64,000 nt of DNA from a virus. Position numbers and translations under genes: made by a program. The notes under the pieces are model-generated. The model was not told where the DNA came from. It ran no database searches and saw nothing but the letters and a program-made list of their open reading frames with translations. This document shows positions 9,606-19,543 of this stretch, piece after piece. Location of the stretch: the IMG/VR virus record IMGVR_UViG_3300030060_008003, positions 1 through 64,000 of that record. One strand, given 5' to 3'. Position 1 is the first letter of the stretch. Every line of letters begins with the position of its first letter.

Positions 9606-11391
9606 AAAGCTTAGTATAGTAAATTTTTTATCTGTCGGTGAAGAACCTGTAACTGTTGAGTTTAGTAAGGGTCTTCATGTCATTACCGGTAAAAACAAAG
9701 ATAAGCCAGATCGTAGAAATGCTATTGGTAAGAGTACTATAGCAGATGCTTTATATTTTGCTATATTCGGTGAGACGTTACGTGAGCTTAAAAAAGATCT
9801 TATACCCAATAATTTAACAAACGGTAAGACTCATATTGAATTAGACTTTGAACTAGATTCACCTAAGGGTACTAATAGCTATAAAATTATTCGTACTTTA
9901 TCTCCCTCGAAGGTTTTAATTTTTAAGGATGGAGTTGACAGAACTCGTGACAGTATCAAAAATACAACTGCTTATATTAACAGTGTGTTAAGTGCTTCGC
10001 CATCTATATTTCAAAACTGCGTTATTATGACTGTAAACAATGCAGTTCCTTTTATGGCTAAAAATAAAATTGAAAAACGAAAGTTTATTGAGGATATTTT
10101 TGGTATGGAAATTTTCAGTACGATGTTAACGATGCTACGCACCGAATATAATGAAATTTCGAAAGAGCATGATACTCAGTTAACTAAGTTAGAAGAGATT
10201 GATAAAGCATATAAAAATTATGAAGATCAAAAACAAAGGATCCTTCAAACAAGAAAAGATAAAAGAGAAAAATATCTCGGTCGTCAAAAAGATAATACCG
10301 AAGAAAAAGAAAAGCTCGAAAACGAACTCAACGAAGTCGAAGAAGTAGATATTAGTAAGATACAAAATCAAATATCTTCTCTTGAAGAGGCTGTTTTAGA
10401 TCAAGATATAAGGATCGAAAGTAATTTAGAAGCTGTTGCTCGTAATAAAGCTTTAGCTGCAGAAAGAAAGGAAAGATATAAAAAGATGGGTACAGAAGAA
10501 GAAAAATGCCCAGTATGTCTTCGACCTATGGAAGAACACGATGCAGAGTTAATAGCTAAAGAGAAGGAAAACCTCAAAGAGTATATTCACGAGGCGATTG
10601 ACAATATTAAAAACTACTCTGATGGACTTAAGGAATTAAGAGTAAGAAAAGACAGGTTTGTAAGAGCTATAAGTCAGTGTCAAAACAAGATATCTGAAGC
10701 AAGGCTACAAGAACAAAATAAGAGGAATATTGAACAACGAATTGAGCAGTTGGATAAGTGGCAAGAAGAGTTAGAAGGTGACTTAGAGGCGATAGAGTCC
10801 ACAGAGACTGACTTTGATTCTCTTATTGTTGAAACTAAGAAGCGTGTTGATAAACTTCAAGGTAGAGTTGAAGAATATAGAGATGAATTAGCTAAGCTTG
10901 ATATTGTCAAGTATGTAGTTTCAGAGGAAGGTGTAAAATCTTATATTGTTAATAAGTTATTGGAACTTTTAAATAGTAAACTTCTACACTATCTTAAAAG
11001 ATTGGATTCAAACTCAATTTGTATTTTTAATGAATATTTTGAGGAAGAGATCCTTAATGAAAAAAATAAAGTATGTTCCTATTTTAACTTCTCAGGTGCT
11101 GAACGTAAATCAATTGACTTAGCATGCCTATTTACCTTTTCAGATATACGTAGACTGCAAGGAGGAGTACAGTATAATATTGCAATCTACGATGAGCTGT
11201 TTGACTCTTCGTTTGATGAAAAAGGTATCGAATTAATTACAAGCATACTGCAGGATAGAGTTGAAGAGCTTGATGAATGTTCAATAGTTATTTCACATCG
11301 TAAAGAGTCAATTAAAGCTGTAACTGGTGATGTAATATATCTTGAGAAGAAGAATGGTATTACTAAGAGGGTAGATTATACGGAACTTTAA
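9586..11391 (+). CDS. 46: gp46 recombination ATPase (Rad50/SbcC-like)
   Basis: NAIGKST, CPVC hook, FSGAE, YDELFD, ISH; ATG 9586 preferred. Confidence 0.93.
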   Translation: MKKVNFKKLSIVNFLSVGEEPVTVEFSKGLHVITGKNKDKPDRRNAIGKSTIADALYFAIFGETLRELKKDLIPNNLTNGKTHIELDFELDSPKGTNSYKIIRTLSPSKVLIFKDGVDRTRDSIKNTTAYINSVLSASPSIFQNCVIMTVNNAVPFMAKNKIEKRKFIEDIFGMEIFSTMLTMLRTEYNEISKEHDTQLTKLEEIDKAYKNYEDQKQRILQTRKDKREKYLGRQKDNTEEKEKLENELNEVEEVDISKIQNQISSLEEAVLDQDIRIESNLEAVARNKALAAERKERYKKMGTEEEKCPVCLRPMEEHDAELIAKEKENLKEYIHEAIDNIKNYSDGLKELRVRKDRFVRAISQCQNKISEARLQEQNKRNIEQRIEQLDKWQEELEGDLEAIESTETDFDSLIVETKKRVDKLQGRVEEYRDELAKLDIVKYVVSEEGVKSYIVNKLLELLNSKLLHYLKRLDSNSICIFNEYFEEEILNEKNKVCSYFNFSGAERKSIDLACLFTFSDIRRLQGGVQYNIAIYDELFDSSFDEKGIELITSILQDRVEELDECSIVISHRKESIKAVTGDVIYLEKKNGITKRVDYTEL

Positions 11392-11405
11392 ACTATATAA
11401 ATAAG

Positions 11406-12638
11406 ATGATTACTCCGTCTCCATATCCGCAACCAATGGTAGCACCGGTAGCTGCTCCAGTAGTAGGGCAACAAGCGCAAATGCCTGGCGTATCACTTAC
11501 TCCAAAAGCTCATACTCCAGCAGAAGCAGATTTACCTAGATATGTTAACTATCTTGCAGACTATTCCGGATGTGGACATTGGCGAATACTTTGGCCGGAA
11601 GCAACAATTAACGCGAGGGGTGATGGAATGTCACAATCTACCACTGCCATGGTTGCTGATCCAAAATGGTATCAAGGAGTAAAGACAGTAAAGGTACAAC
11701 GGCAAGCTTCTAGCCATCAGCTCGAGTTTATAAAATACCTAAAACAGATTCAGCAAGAATATGGCTTTAAAATAATATATGAAGTTGATGATGTTGTATT
11801 CAGAGAAGTTATACCTGACTATAATAAGTTTAAATTTGCATTTGATACAGATGAAATTCGACAAAACTGTGTTGATATAATTAATTTGGTTGATGAAGTT
11901 ACTGTAACTTGTGACTTTATGAGAAAGCTTTATCAGGAAAAAACCGGTCAGCAAAACATTACAGTTATTCCAAACTTTATACCACATGGCTGGATGGGAC
12001 AGCTTTTTAATCCAAGGGAAATAGAAAGAAATTACGATCAAAATAAAAGAAAGCCGCGTATACTTTATACAGGATCCGGGGCTCATTATGATGTAGATAA
12101 TAAAGTTGGTGGTAAAGATGATATGTCTGAAGTTCGTGATTTTATACGAAAAACAGTTGATAAATATCAATGGATTTTTGTAGGTGCATTTCCTCCACAA
12201 TTAGCAGATCTAGTACAACAGCAAAAGATTGAATTTTATCAATGGCAGACGTTACTGAGATATCCACATTTTATTAATAGTTTAAGAGCACAGTTAATGG
12301 TAGCACCACTACAGGTTAACGATTTTAATCGCGCTAAATCTGATATTAAATATATTGAAGGTTGCATATTAGGTATACCATGTCTTTGTCAAGACATGGA
12401 AACATATAGTAATGCTCCTGGTAACTTAAAATTTAGTTCAGTAGAGGAATTTGAAGATAAAATAGAGCGTATCTTAAGACCAAATAAGAAAAATAAATAC
12501 ATGCAAAATGTACATAAGCTCCGAGCTATAGGTGAAAAAAGAATTCTAGAGCTAGATGAAAATATAGGCGCGCATCTTGAAGCTCTAAATACTCCATATG
12601 GAAGTTCCGAAAGACGTTACCTAAGAGAGTGGAATTAG
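11406..12638 (+). CDS. GT-B fold glycosyltransferase
   Basis: SGCGHWRILWP, IIYEVDD, VIPN, YTGSGAH, APLQVNDFNRAKSDIKYIEG. Confidence 0.7.
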   Translation: MITPSPYPQPMVAPVAAPVVGQQAQMPGVSLTPKAHTPAEADLPRYVNYLADYSGCGHWRILWPEATINARGDGMSQSTTAMVADPKWYQGVKTVKVQRQASSHQLEFIKYLKQIQQEYGFKIIYEVDDVVFREVIPDYNKFKFAFDTDEIRQNCVDIINLVDEVTVTCDFMRKLYQEKTGQQNITVIPNFIPHGWMGQLFNPREIERNYDQNKRKPRILYTGSGAHYDVDNKVGGKDDMSEVRDFIRKTVDKYQWIFVGAFPPQLADLVQQQKIEFYQWQTLLRYPHFINSLRAQLMVAPLQVNDFNRAKSDIKYIEGCILGIPCLCQDMETYSNAPGNLKFSSVEEFEDKIERILRPNKKNKYMQNVHKLRAIGEKRILELDENIGAHLEALNTPYGSSERRYLREWN

Positions 12639-12664
12639 GAACTATACTATTATAATAGTAGTAG

Positions 12665-15241
12665 ATGTCATATCGTAATGTTGTTTATAACGGTAGAAAC
12701 CGTTGTGTAAATTTATTTACTTGGGATAAAGACGGTAAGCGTGTAATGCACGAATGCTCTTTTGAGCCTTATCTCTATGTTGAAAATGCTGCAGGTGATA
12801 AAACGTCTATTTACGGTACTAAAGTATCAAAGCGTAAGTTTAATACTAGTTTTGATCGTTCTAGATTTGTTCGTGATTCAAATATAAAGCGTGTGTTTGA
12901 GAACATGCCTCCTGCTCAGCAATTCTTGCTCGATTTGTACTGGCAGCAAAACGAAGAGCCGGAGTTTAGTACTAACCCGCTTAAGACGTGCTTACTTGAT
13001 ATTGAGACATATTCCCCGGATTCGTTTCCTAATCCTGAAGATCCGACTCACATAGTGAATGTTATAACCTGTTATGATAACTTTAGTAAGAAGTTTCATA
13101 CGTTTGGTATTAAACCGTATAACGGTAAAGGTGCTGATAATTTAAACTATGTTCATTGTAGAGATGAACGTGAAATGTTTATACGGTTTATTGAATATCT
13201 TGAAAGTGATTATCCGGATATTTTAAGTGGTTGGAACTCTGAGTTCTTTGATATACCTTATATCATTAATCGAATCGAACGTATACTAGGTCAAGATTAT
13301 GTTGATAGATTATCCCCTCTCGGTAGGGTTCATTTTAGAACTGTAAAGGGTAAGTTCGGGCGTGATCTAAAAAGATACTATATTGATGGTATTGCTTGTT
13401 TGGATTATCTTGATGTATATAGACGTTTTTGTTTAAAGCTTCGTGAGTCTTATAAGTTAGACGCAATTGGTGAAGTTGAACTCGGTCAACGAAAGATTGA
13501 TTACGGTGATACTAACCTTGCAACTTTATCTGATGAAGACTGGGATACATTTATTGACTACAACATTCAAGACGTTAACCTTTTAGTAAGACTAGAAGAA
13601 AAGCTTCAATATGTTCCTTTATTAAGAATGCTTTCATATGTTGGGTTAACGACTCTTGAAGGAGCAATGGGAACTATTCAAGTGATCAACGGTGCTCTTT
13701 GCATTAAAGCAAGGCGTCGAGGTGAGGTTATTGCTACATTTCTACGTAATGCTGATACCGGTAAAAACCCCGGTGCGTATGTCGCTGAACCTAAGCAAGG
13801 TTTTAAGAATCATGTCGTGTCATTTGATGCTAATTCTCTATATCCAAATGTGATGATATCTTTGAATACTTCACCAGAAACTAAAGTGGGTAGAGTAGAG
13901 AAGACTGCAGATGATAAGGTTATTATACAGCATGTAACAGGTAAAGTGTTTGAACTTGACAAGCCGGCTTTTGTGAAGTTCCTAAAAGATGAAGAGTGTG
14001 CACTGTCTAAAGCTGGGTTCCTTTTTACACAAAAGAAGAAAGGTATTATACCAGAGTTTCTAGAGCACTATTACAATCAACGTGTTAAAATTAAGAAAGA
14101 CCTCTTTAAAGCTAAGACAAAACTTAAGAAGCTTAAAAAAGATTCTGCAGAATATACTAGTGCAAAGTATGAAGTAGAGAGACTGAATACATCACAAATG
14201 GTTATTAAGATTCTTATTAATTCGTGTTATGGTTACATGGGTAATAAGAATGCTCCTATTGGTGATGATGATATTGCATCTTCTGTTACGCTTACCGGGC
14301 AAGCTGTCATTAAATATTCAAATGAGCTTATTAAGCAATTTATTAAAAAAGAGATTCCTGACATCTCTGATAATGAGCTTGAAGAGTGTATTGTATACAA
14401 TGATACGGACTCGTCGTATGTTTCTATTACTCCTCTTGTTAGCAAGGGTTTAAACTTTTTAGATGGAAATGATGTACATCAAGATACGCATGATAAGATT
14501 CAAGAGATTGAGGACTATCTAAATAGAGGGGTACAAGATTGGGCTAAAAAATCCTTACTGTCAAAAGATAGTAGGTTTGTATTTAAGCGAGAATGTATTG
14601 CTGATGTAGGAGTCTTTTTGCAGAAGAAGAGATATGTTATGCACATCCTAGATGATGAAGGTATCAAGGAAAATAAATTTAAGTATACTGGTGTTGAGGT
14701 AGTTCGAACTACTATGCCTAATGCTATTAAGCCCTACGCTAAAAAAATTATTGAGACTATGTTAAGTACTCAGTCTTTAACTGAAACTAATAAGATACTT
14801 AATGAAACGTATGATATATTTAAAGGTCTATCTCCCGAAGAGCTTGCGTTTGTTATGGGGGTAAAGGGCTACGAAAAGTACGCTGTAGATTGCAATGAAT
14901 TTAATACTGTGAAGAGTATGCCTATACATGTTAAGTCTGCATATTTTTATAACTTACTTTTAGGTAAACTTAATACGGGTAACAAGTATGAATCGCTAGG
15001 TTCGGGTGATAAAGTTCGTTATATGTATGTTGAGAAACCAAATAAATATGGGTTGGATAGTATTGGCTTTAAGTACGACTACCCCTCTGAGTTTAAAGAT
15101 ACATTTAAAATTGATTACGATAAAATGTTCGAAAAGATCTTGTTTCAAGGCATTGAAAGATTTTATGATTGTGTAGGTTGGAATATTCGTAAGCCAGCTG
15201 AGAATGTTACAGTAGAACTTTTTGACTTGTTTAGTAAATAA
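12665..15241 (+). CDS. 43: gp43 family B DNA polymerase
   Basis: Exo motifs DIET, GWNSEFFD, YNIQD; pol motifs FDANSLYP, KILINSCYG, YNDTDS, KKRY. Confidence 0.97.
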   Translation: MSYRNVVYNGRNRCVNLFTWDKDGKRVMHECSFEPYLYVENAAGDKTSIYGTKVSKRKFNTSFDRSRFVRDSNIKRVFENMPPAQQFLLDLYWQQNEEPEFSTNPLKTCLLDIETYSPDSFPNPEDPTHIVNVITCYDNFSKKFHTFGIKPYNGKGADNLNYVHCRDEREMFIRFIEYLESDYPDILSGWNSEFFDIPYIINRIERILGQDYVDRLSPLGRVHFRTVKGKFGRDLKRYYIDGIACLDYLDVYRRFCLKLRESYKLDAIGEVELGQRKIDYGDTNLATLSDEDWDTFIDYNIQDVNLLVRLEEKLQYVPLLRMLSYVGLTTLEGAMGTIQVINGALCIKARRRGEVIATFLRNADTGKNPGAYVAEPKQGFKNHVVSFDANSLYPNVMISLNTSPETKVGRVEKTADDKVIIQHVTGKVFELDKPAFVKFLKDEECALSKAGFLFTQKKKGIIPEFLEHYYNQRVKIKKDLFKAKTKLKKLKKDSAEYTSAKYEVERLNTSQMVIKILINSCYGYMGNKNAPIGDDDIASSVTLTGQAVIKYSNELIKQFIKKEIPDISDNELEECIVYNDTDSSYVSITPLVSKGLNFLDGNDVHQDTHDKIQEIEDYLNRGVQDWAKKSLLSKDSRFVFKRECIADVGVFLQKKRYVMHILDDEGIKENKFKYTGVEVVRTTMPNAIKPYAKKIIETMLSTQSLTETNKILNETYDIFKGLSPEELAFVMGVKGYEKYAVDCNEFNTVKSMPIHVKSAYFYNLLLGKLNTGNKYESLGSGDKVRYMYVEKPNKYGLDSIGFKYDYPSEFKDTFKIDYDKMFEKILFQGIERFYDCVGWNIRKPAENVTVELFDLFSK

Positions 15242-15248
15242 AATTATT

Positions 15249-15566
15249 ATGGCAGTACAACCAGGAGGGTATCTAGATAGACCACAAGACGACAACACGC
15301 ATAACGCACATCCGGCATGGAAAAGAGGTAAAATCGCCGGTATTTTAGAAACGTTAGCAATTTTAAAAGATGTAGTTACCGGTAGTGATGATGGTTCCGG
15401 AACTATTAACTCTCCAGAGATTGAAAAAATTAGGAGATCGGTTTTTCTTTTGAGGGATGCTTTATCGCACGCATCAGATAAATCTACATACCTTTCAAAG
15501 CAAGCAAAAGAAGCGCTTGATGAAGCAATTAAAGTAGCAGAAACGCTAAGATATCAAAAAGGTTAG
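15249..15566 (+). CDS. hypothetical protein
   Basis: ATG 15249 lies 8 nt after TAAATA. Confidence 0.6.
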   Translation: MAVQPGGYLDRPQDDNTHNAHPAWKRGKIAGILETLAILKDVVTGSDDGSGTINSPEIEKIRRSVFLLRDALSHASDKSTYLSKQAKEALDEAIKVAETLRYQKG

Positions 15567-15600
15567 TGGACTTTTACAGAATTTAATTTAATATAATATT

Positions 15601-15966
15601 ATGGCAGATAAGAAACCAACAATCAAAACTATTATTGATCACATTGGACGTACAGTTGTAGGCTCAGTTAGTAAAGAGGATACAAAAACTATTACGTTGT
15701 TTAACCCTGTGATTATTCACGTACAACCTGACCCTCAATCCGGTCAACTTCAAGTACAGTCCTTCCCATACATTTTTATGGAGTTTTTGAAAGATAAAGA
15801 TAAGAACAACTGGACGTTTACCAAGAGTGCTATTAGTACTTCTGATGTTGAGCTTGATGAAAGAATCATCACACAGTACGAAAACATCAATAACCCTCAA
15901 CCGCCCATTCAAGAGCAGCAGGCTCCAGAAGAAGAGCCAGAAGTGATTAAGCTTTTTGATGATTAA
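15601..15966 (+). CDS. hypothetical protein, possible Sm-like fold
   Basis: 121 aa beta-rich pattern (ITLFNPVIIHVQ...FPY); own promoter; next to hsp20/gp43. Confidence 0.55.
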   Translation: MADKKPTIKTIIDHIGRTVVGSVSKEDTKTITLFNPVIIHVQPDPQSGQLQVQSFPYIFMEFLKDKDKNNWTFTKSAISTSDVELDERIITQYENINNPQPPIQEQQAPEEEPEVIKLFDD

Positions 15967-16004
15967 TTAATAAAAATACATATTGTGTAATAAATAATTT
16001 TACT

Positions 16005-16415
16005 ATGAAACTAACTAAATACACACACAATCCAATTGCAGAAATCGAAAGAGCCTTTGATGGTTTTTTCAATCTGACACCGGTCTTCCACCAGCTGGAA
16101 GAAGTATATAAAACAGGAGATCAAGTTCGATTTTCTTCGGACGAGAACACACTTAGTGTACAGATCGATCTACCTGGAGTTACGAAAGATGATCTAGATC
16201 TTTCCACAGACACAGACCAGCGTGAGGTTTATATTAAAGCCAAGCGTAAGGTTAAAGCCCATGATGGCGAAAAAGAGCAAACCTATAATAGGTCGTTCTC
16301 AGTCGGGAGGGAGTTTGATCTTAATAAGATTAAGTTCTCTTATATCAACGGAGTCCTTGAGGTAGATGTACCTCGTAGGAAGAAAGAAGAATATATTAAA
16401 ACATATACAGTCTAA
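16005..16415 (+). CDS. hsp20: small heat shock protein (Hsp20)
   Basis: IDLPGVTKDDL, YNRSF, YINGVLEVDVP alpha-crystallin motifs. Confidence 0.9.
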   Translation: MKLTKYTHNPIAEIERAFDGFFNLTPVFHQLEEVYKTGDQVRFSSDENTLSVQIDLPGVTKDDLDLSTDTDQREVYIKAKRKVKAHDGEKEQTYNRSFSVGREFDLNKIKFSYINGVLEVDVPRRKKEEYIKTYTV

Positions 16416-16445
16416 AATTTATATGGGCTTAGCTAGCCCAAACCC

Positions 16446-16612
16446 GGGTGTGCCTGAATAAACATTTTAAGCAAGAGTGTTAAAGGGACTGCTGACTTAC
16501 ATGGAGGGTCGACTGACTATTAAGTGTATAATGCGGGGCGCGAGTAGGTAAAAAGATGAAACTGCATCTTGCCTAACCAAAAGTTGGAGGTAACCAGAAA
16601 ATCCTCTCACCC
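16446..16612 (+). ncRNA. structured ncRNA, manA-motif-like
   Basis: GC-richer intergenic region. Closing stem GGGTG/CACCC; stems AACATTTT/AGAGTGTT, TAGGTA/TGCCTA with AAGATG/CATCTT, and GGAGG/CCTCT. Ends resemble my recollection of phage manA RNAs. Followed by a terminator. Confidence 0.6.
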
Positions 16613-16620
16613 ACCTTTTT

Positions 16621-16646
16621 AAAAAGCCCCGAAAGGGGCTTTTTTT
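16621..16646 (+). terminator. rho-independent terminator, possibly bidirectional
   Basis: AAAAAGCCCC-GAAA-GGGGCTTTTTTT. Confidence 0.9.
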
Positions 16647-16662
16647 ATTAATAAATAATTTT

Positions 16663-16980
16663 GTGAACTTAATTATTATAGCTGATTTAACTACAAATGA
16701 AGGGTTATATTTTAGGTATTTAACAATGATGGCTGATGCAAACGTTGTTGTTGAGACAGCTAAACCATTGGTTGATTATCATTATAAAAATCTTAAGAGT
16801 CAAGGTCTATATGACTTTGTGGATGATATGGTTACACCGGAATGTGACGTAGAAGGTATACGTATTGATACAGAATTAAACTATCCAATGACAATACAAA
16901 CAGATAGAATAAAAGTAACTAATGTATTCCATCTATTGGAGCAAATTAAACAGTTGAAAAGCATATATAAGAAAATATAA
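16663..16980 (+). CDS. hypothetical protein
   Basis: GTG 5 nt after TAAATA; 105 aa. Confidence 0.6.
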   Translation: MNLIIIADLTTNEGLYFRYLTMMADANVVVETAKPLVDYHYKNLKSQGLYDFVDDMVTPECDVEGIRIDTELNYPMTIQTDRIKVTNVFHLLEQIKQLKSIYKKI

Positions 16981-16981
16981 T
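16954..16981 (+). promoter_or_regulatory. sigma70-like promoter (uvsX)
   Basis: TTGAAA-N16-TATAAT-7nt-ATG. Confidence 0.7.
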
Positions 16982-16988
16982 CTTATAT

Positions 16989-18104
16989 ATGGATAAAGAT
17001 ATTGCTAGCGCATTAGACGCTATAGATAAAGTAAACCCTTTTGCTACTTACCTCGATAATAATACTCTTAGTCATGTTGGAGAATGGATTGATACTGGAT
17101 CATATGTATTAAATGCGATTATCTCTGGTTCAATTAATGGTGGAATTCCTAAAGGTAGAGTAACTATGCTCGCTGGGGAATCTATGACTGGTAAGTCATT
17201 GTTTGTTCAAAAGATTTTAGCTAAAGCTCAAGAAGAAGGGCTTACTCCTGTTATTTTTGATACTGAAAATGCTATTGATCCAGATGGTGCAGCAAGACTT
17301 GGTTTAGATATTAGTAAAGTAAAATACGTACCTACTACTAGTATTGAACAAGCAAGAAACGCTCTATATAAATTTCTTACTTCTGTTAAAGAGAAAGGAC
17401 TTGAAGGTAAGTTCATCGTAGCTATTGATTCTCTTGCTAACTTACAATCTGAACTTGAACTTAGTCGTATGAGTAAAGATAGTACTTCTTCTGATATGGG
17501 TACTAAGGCTCGAGCTATGAAAACCTTGATGCAAACTTGTACCAACTTAGGTGCTATTACTCAGACTACAATCCTCTGTACTAACCATGTATATGACGAC
17601 CCTACTGCACTGTTTCCTTCTATTGAAAAGAACATGCCAGGTGGTAAGTCATGTGTATATCTACCCTCTGTAACTGTACAATTAGCGCGTAAGCCTATGA
17701 AATCAGATGGTGGTAAAACTGTTGATGGTGAATTGGCTGTAGGTCAGAAAAAATACTCTGGTATCATTATTAGAGCTTTAACACGTAAAAATAGATTTAT
17801 CAAACAATATCTAGAGGGTGAAATGTATCTTTCTTTCTCTACTGGTTTGGATAGATACTACGGACTAGTGGACTTAGCAGTTGGAGTAGGAGCAGTGATA
17901 CAAACTGGAGCTACCTATCAACTTGAAGATGGTAAAAAGTTAGGATATTATAAAAATTGGCGTAAAGATGAGAAACTCTGGGAAGAGACTATTTTACCTA
18001 AAGTAGAGGAAAGAATTAAAGACGAATGGTCGTATAGCAATAAAGAAGGTGAGGAAGCTCCTGATGAAATTGGATTAGAAGATTTATTAGATGGTGATAA
18101 ATAA
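16989..18104 (+). CDS. uvsX: UvsX RecA-like recombinase
   Basis: DTGSYVLNAIISG, GESMTGKS, DTENA, IDSL, MPGG. Confidence 0.95.
   Translation: MDKDIASALDAIDKVNPFATYLDNNTLSHVGEWIDTGSYVLNAIISGSINGGIPKGRVTMLAGESMTGKSLFVQKILAKAQEEGLTPVIFDTENAIDPDGAARLGLDISKVKYVPTTSIEQARNALYKFLTSVKEKGLEGKFIVAIDSLANLQSELELSRMSKDSTSSDMGTKARAMKTLMQTCTNLGAITQTTILCTNHVYDDPTALFPSIEKNMPGGKSCVYLPSVTVQLARKPMKSDGGKTVDGELAVGQKKYSGIIIRALTRKNRFIKQYLEGEMYLSFSTGLDRYYGLVDLAVGVGAVIQTGATYQLEDGKKLGYYKNWRKDEKLWEETILPKVEERIKDEWSYSNKEGEEAPDEIGLEDLLDGDK
18098..18103 (+). promoter_or_regulatory. late promoter core (TylF-like)
   Basis: TAAATA-5nt-ATG. Confidence 0.55.
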
Positions 18105-18108
18105 CGTA

Positions 18109-18795
18109 ATGAAAATTGGTCATAAATTTCGCGAGCAAATACTAAGCGATATACGTCATGAAGCTTTTAAAAAAGCCGTAAGGTTTATTAACTATGAGTT
18201 AGTACCTGGTGATATATGTGAGTTCGGATGTTATACAGGAAGAAGCTTAGCTAGTTTAGCGTACTCCCATCAACAATACTTTCAAGACGAAAATCAACAT
18301 AATAGAAAGAGTAGTATAGATAGAAATATATACGGGTTTGATAGTTTTGAAGGGTTACAAGATTCAGAAGGTCATCCAAGATGGGAAAAAGGCGTATTTA
18401 AGATTAATCATTCCTTTCACCCTCTTATCGGTTATGGAGAAGACGTTACCCCGAAAAAAGTAGTTAACTTCTTCTCGCATTATAATCTTCAAACCCCTAT
18501 TATTAAGGCTGGTTATTTTGAAGATATAGAAATTGATGATATCAACGAAATTGCTATTCTACATATAGACTGCGATCTATATACAAGTACAAAAACTGTA
18601 TTAAACTTAACTAGAGATAAATTAGTACCTGGTAGTATAATTTTATTTGATGATTGGTTTCATTTTAGAGGTGATAGAAACAAAGGCGAACGATTAGCAT
18701 TTAAAGAATTTTTGGAAGAAAATAAAAATATTAAAACAGAAGAATTTTTAAGATACGGTACCTTCTGTAAAGCTTTTATAATTAATGAAACGTAA
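18109..18795 (+). CDS. TylF/MycF-family O-methyltransferase
   Basis: GDICEFGCYTGRS, GFDSFEGL, LHIDCDLY, FDDW; ATG 18109 is 5 nt after TAAATA. Confidence 0.85.
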   Translation: MKIGHKFREQILSDIRHEAFKKAVRFINYELVPGDICEFGCYTGRSLASLAYSHQQYFQDENQHNRKSSIDRNIYGFDSFEGLQDSEGHPRWEKGVFKINHSFHPLIGYGEDVTPKKVVNFFSHYNLQTPIIKAGYFEDIEIDDINEIAILHIDCDLYTSTKTVLNLTRDKLVPGSIILFDDWFHFRGDRNKGERLAFKEFLEENKNIKTEEFLRYGTFCKAFIINET

Positions 18796-19543
18796 ACTAG
18801 TATTAACTCTTAGCGGTGGAATGGACTCGTCTGTGCTGTTGTATATGGCACAAGATCGAGGTTATGAAGAAATACATACTCTAACTTTTGATTATGGTCA
18901 GCGACATAAACGTGAATTAACGTGTGTTAATAAACAAATTAATAATTTTAACGAGCAGTTTTCCGGTTGGTTTAATTTAGAGGTAACTAATAAGGTCTTA
19001 GATGTAAAATACATTAGAGATATTGCTCCTACTTCATCTTTAACTAATGAAGATATTGATAATCCCAATATTAGTGAAATGGCCGGTGATGCACAACCTG
19101 TATCATATGTACCGTTTCGAAACTTAATGTTTTTATCTATCTGCTCTTCGTATGCTGAGAGTGTTGGTGCTGATACTGTTTGGTATGGTGCTGCTCAAGT
19201 AGATTCGCTAGCTGGTTATTGGGACGGTAGTGAAGAGTTTGTAGATGTAGTTAATAATGTAACTGATCTTAATAGAGAAAATAGGATTGTAATTGAAGCC
19301 CCGTTACTTGAAATGTCTAAAGCTGAAATTATTAAAGAGGGTGCTAGACTTGGTGTTAAGTTTAAAGATACTTGGACTTGTTATTCGGATAGAAAAGATA
19401 AACTAGCAGATGCTACTACGCCGTCGAGTAGTATGAGAGTAAAAGGGTTTGTGGATGCTGGTTTAAAAGACCCTATTGCTTACATCCAACAAGAAAAGTT
19501 GGATAAGCTATACGAAGAAAATAATTGTAAAGAGTGCGCTTAA
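18785..19543 (+). CDS. queC: QueC-like PP-loop ATP pyrophosphatase with degenerate Zn site
   Basis: SGGMDS, FDYGQRH, SSLT, YVPFRN, SKAEII, TWTCY; CxxCxxC replaced by DATTPSS. Confidence 0.75.
   Translation: MKRKLVLTLSGGMDSSVLLYMAQDRGYEEIHTLTFDYGQRHKRELTCVNKQINNFNEQFSGWFNLEVTNKVLDVKYIRDIAPTSSLTNEDIDNPNISEMAGDAQPVSYVPFRNLMFLSICSSYAESVGADTVWYGAAQVDSLAGYWDGSEEFVDVVNNVTDLNRENRIVIEAPLLEMSKAEIIKEGARLGVKFKDTWTCYSDRKDKLADATTPSSSMRVKGFVDAGLKDPIAYIQQEKLDKLYEENNCKECA

Noticed and set aside
16416-16662. tRNA or tmRNA in the intergenic region
   Set aside because: No cloverleaf or TTCRA T-loop; the stems fit a different multistem RNA
18785-19543. Canonical preQ0/dG+ DNA modification pathway
   Set aside because: No folE, queD, queE or dpdA in the window and the Zn ligands are missing; cannot be excluded for the rest of the genome
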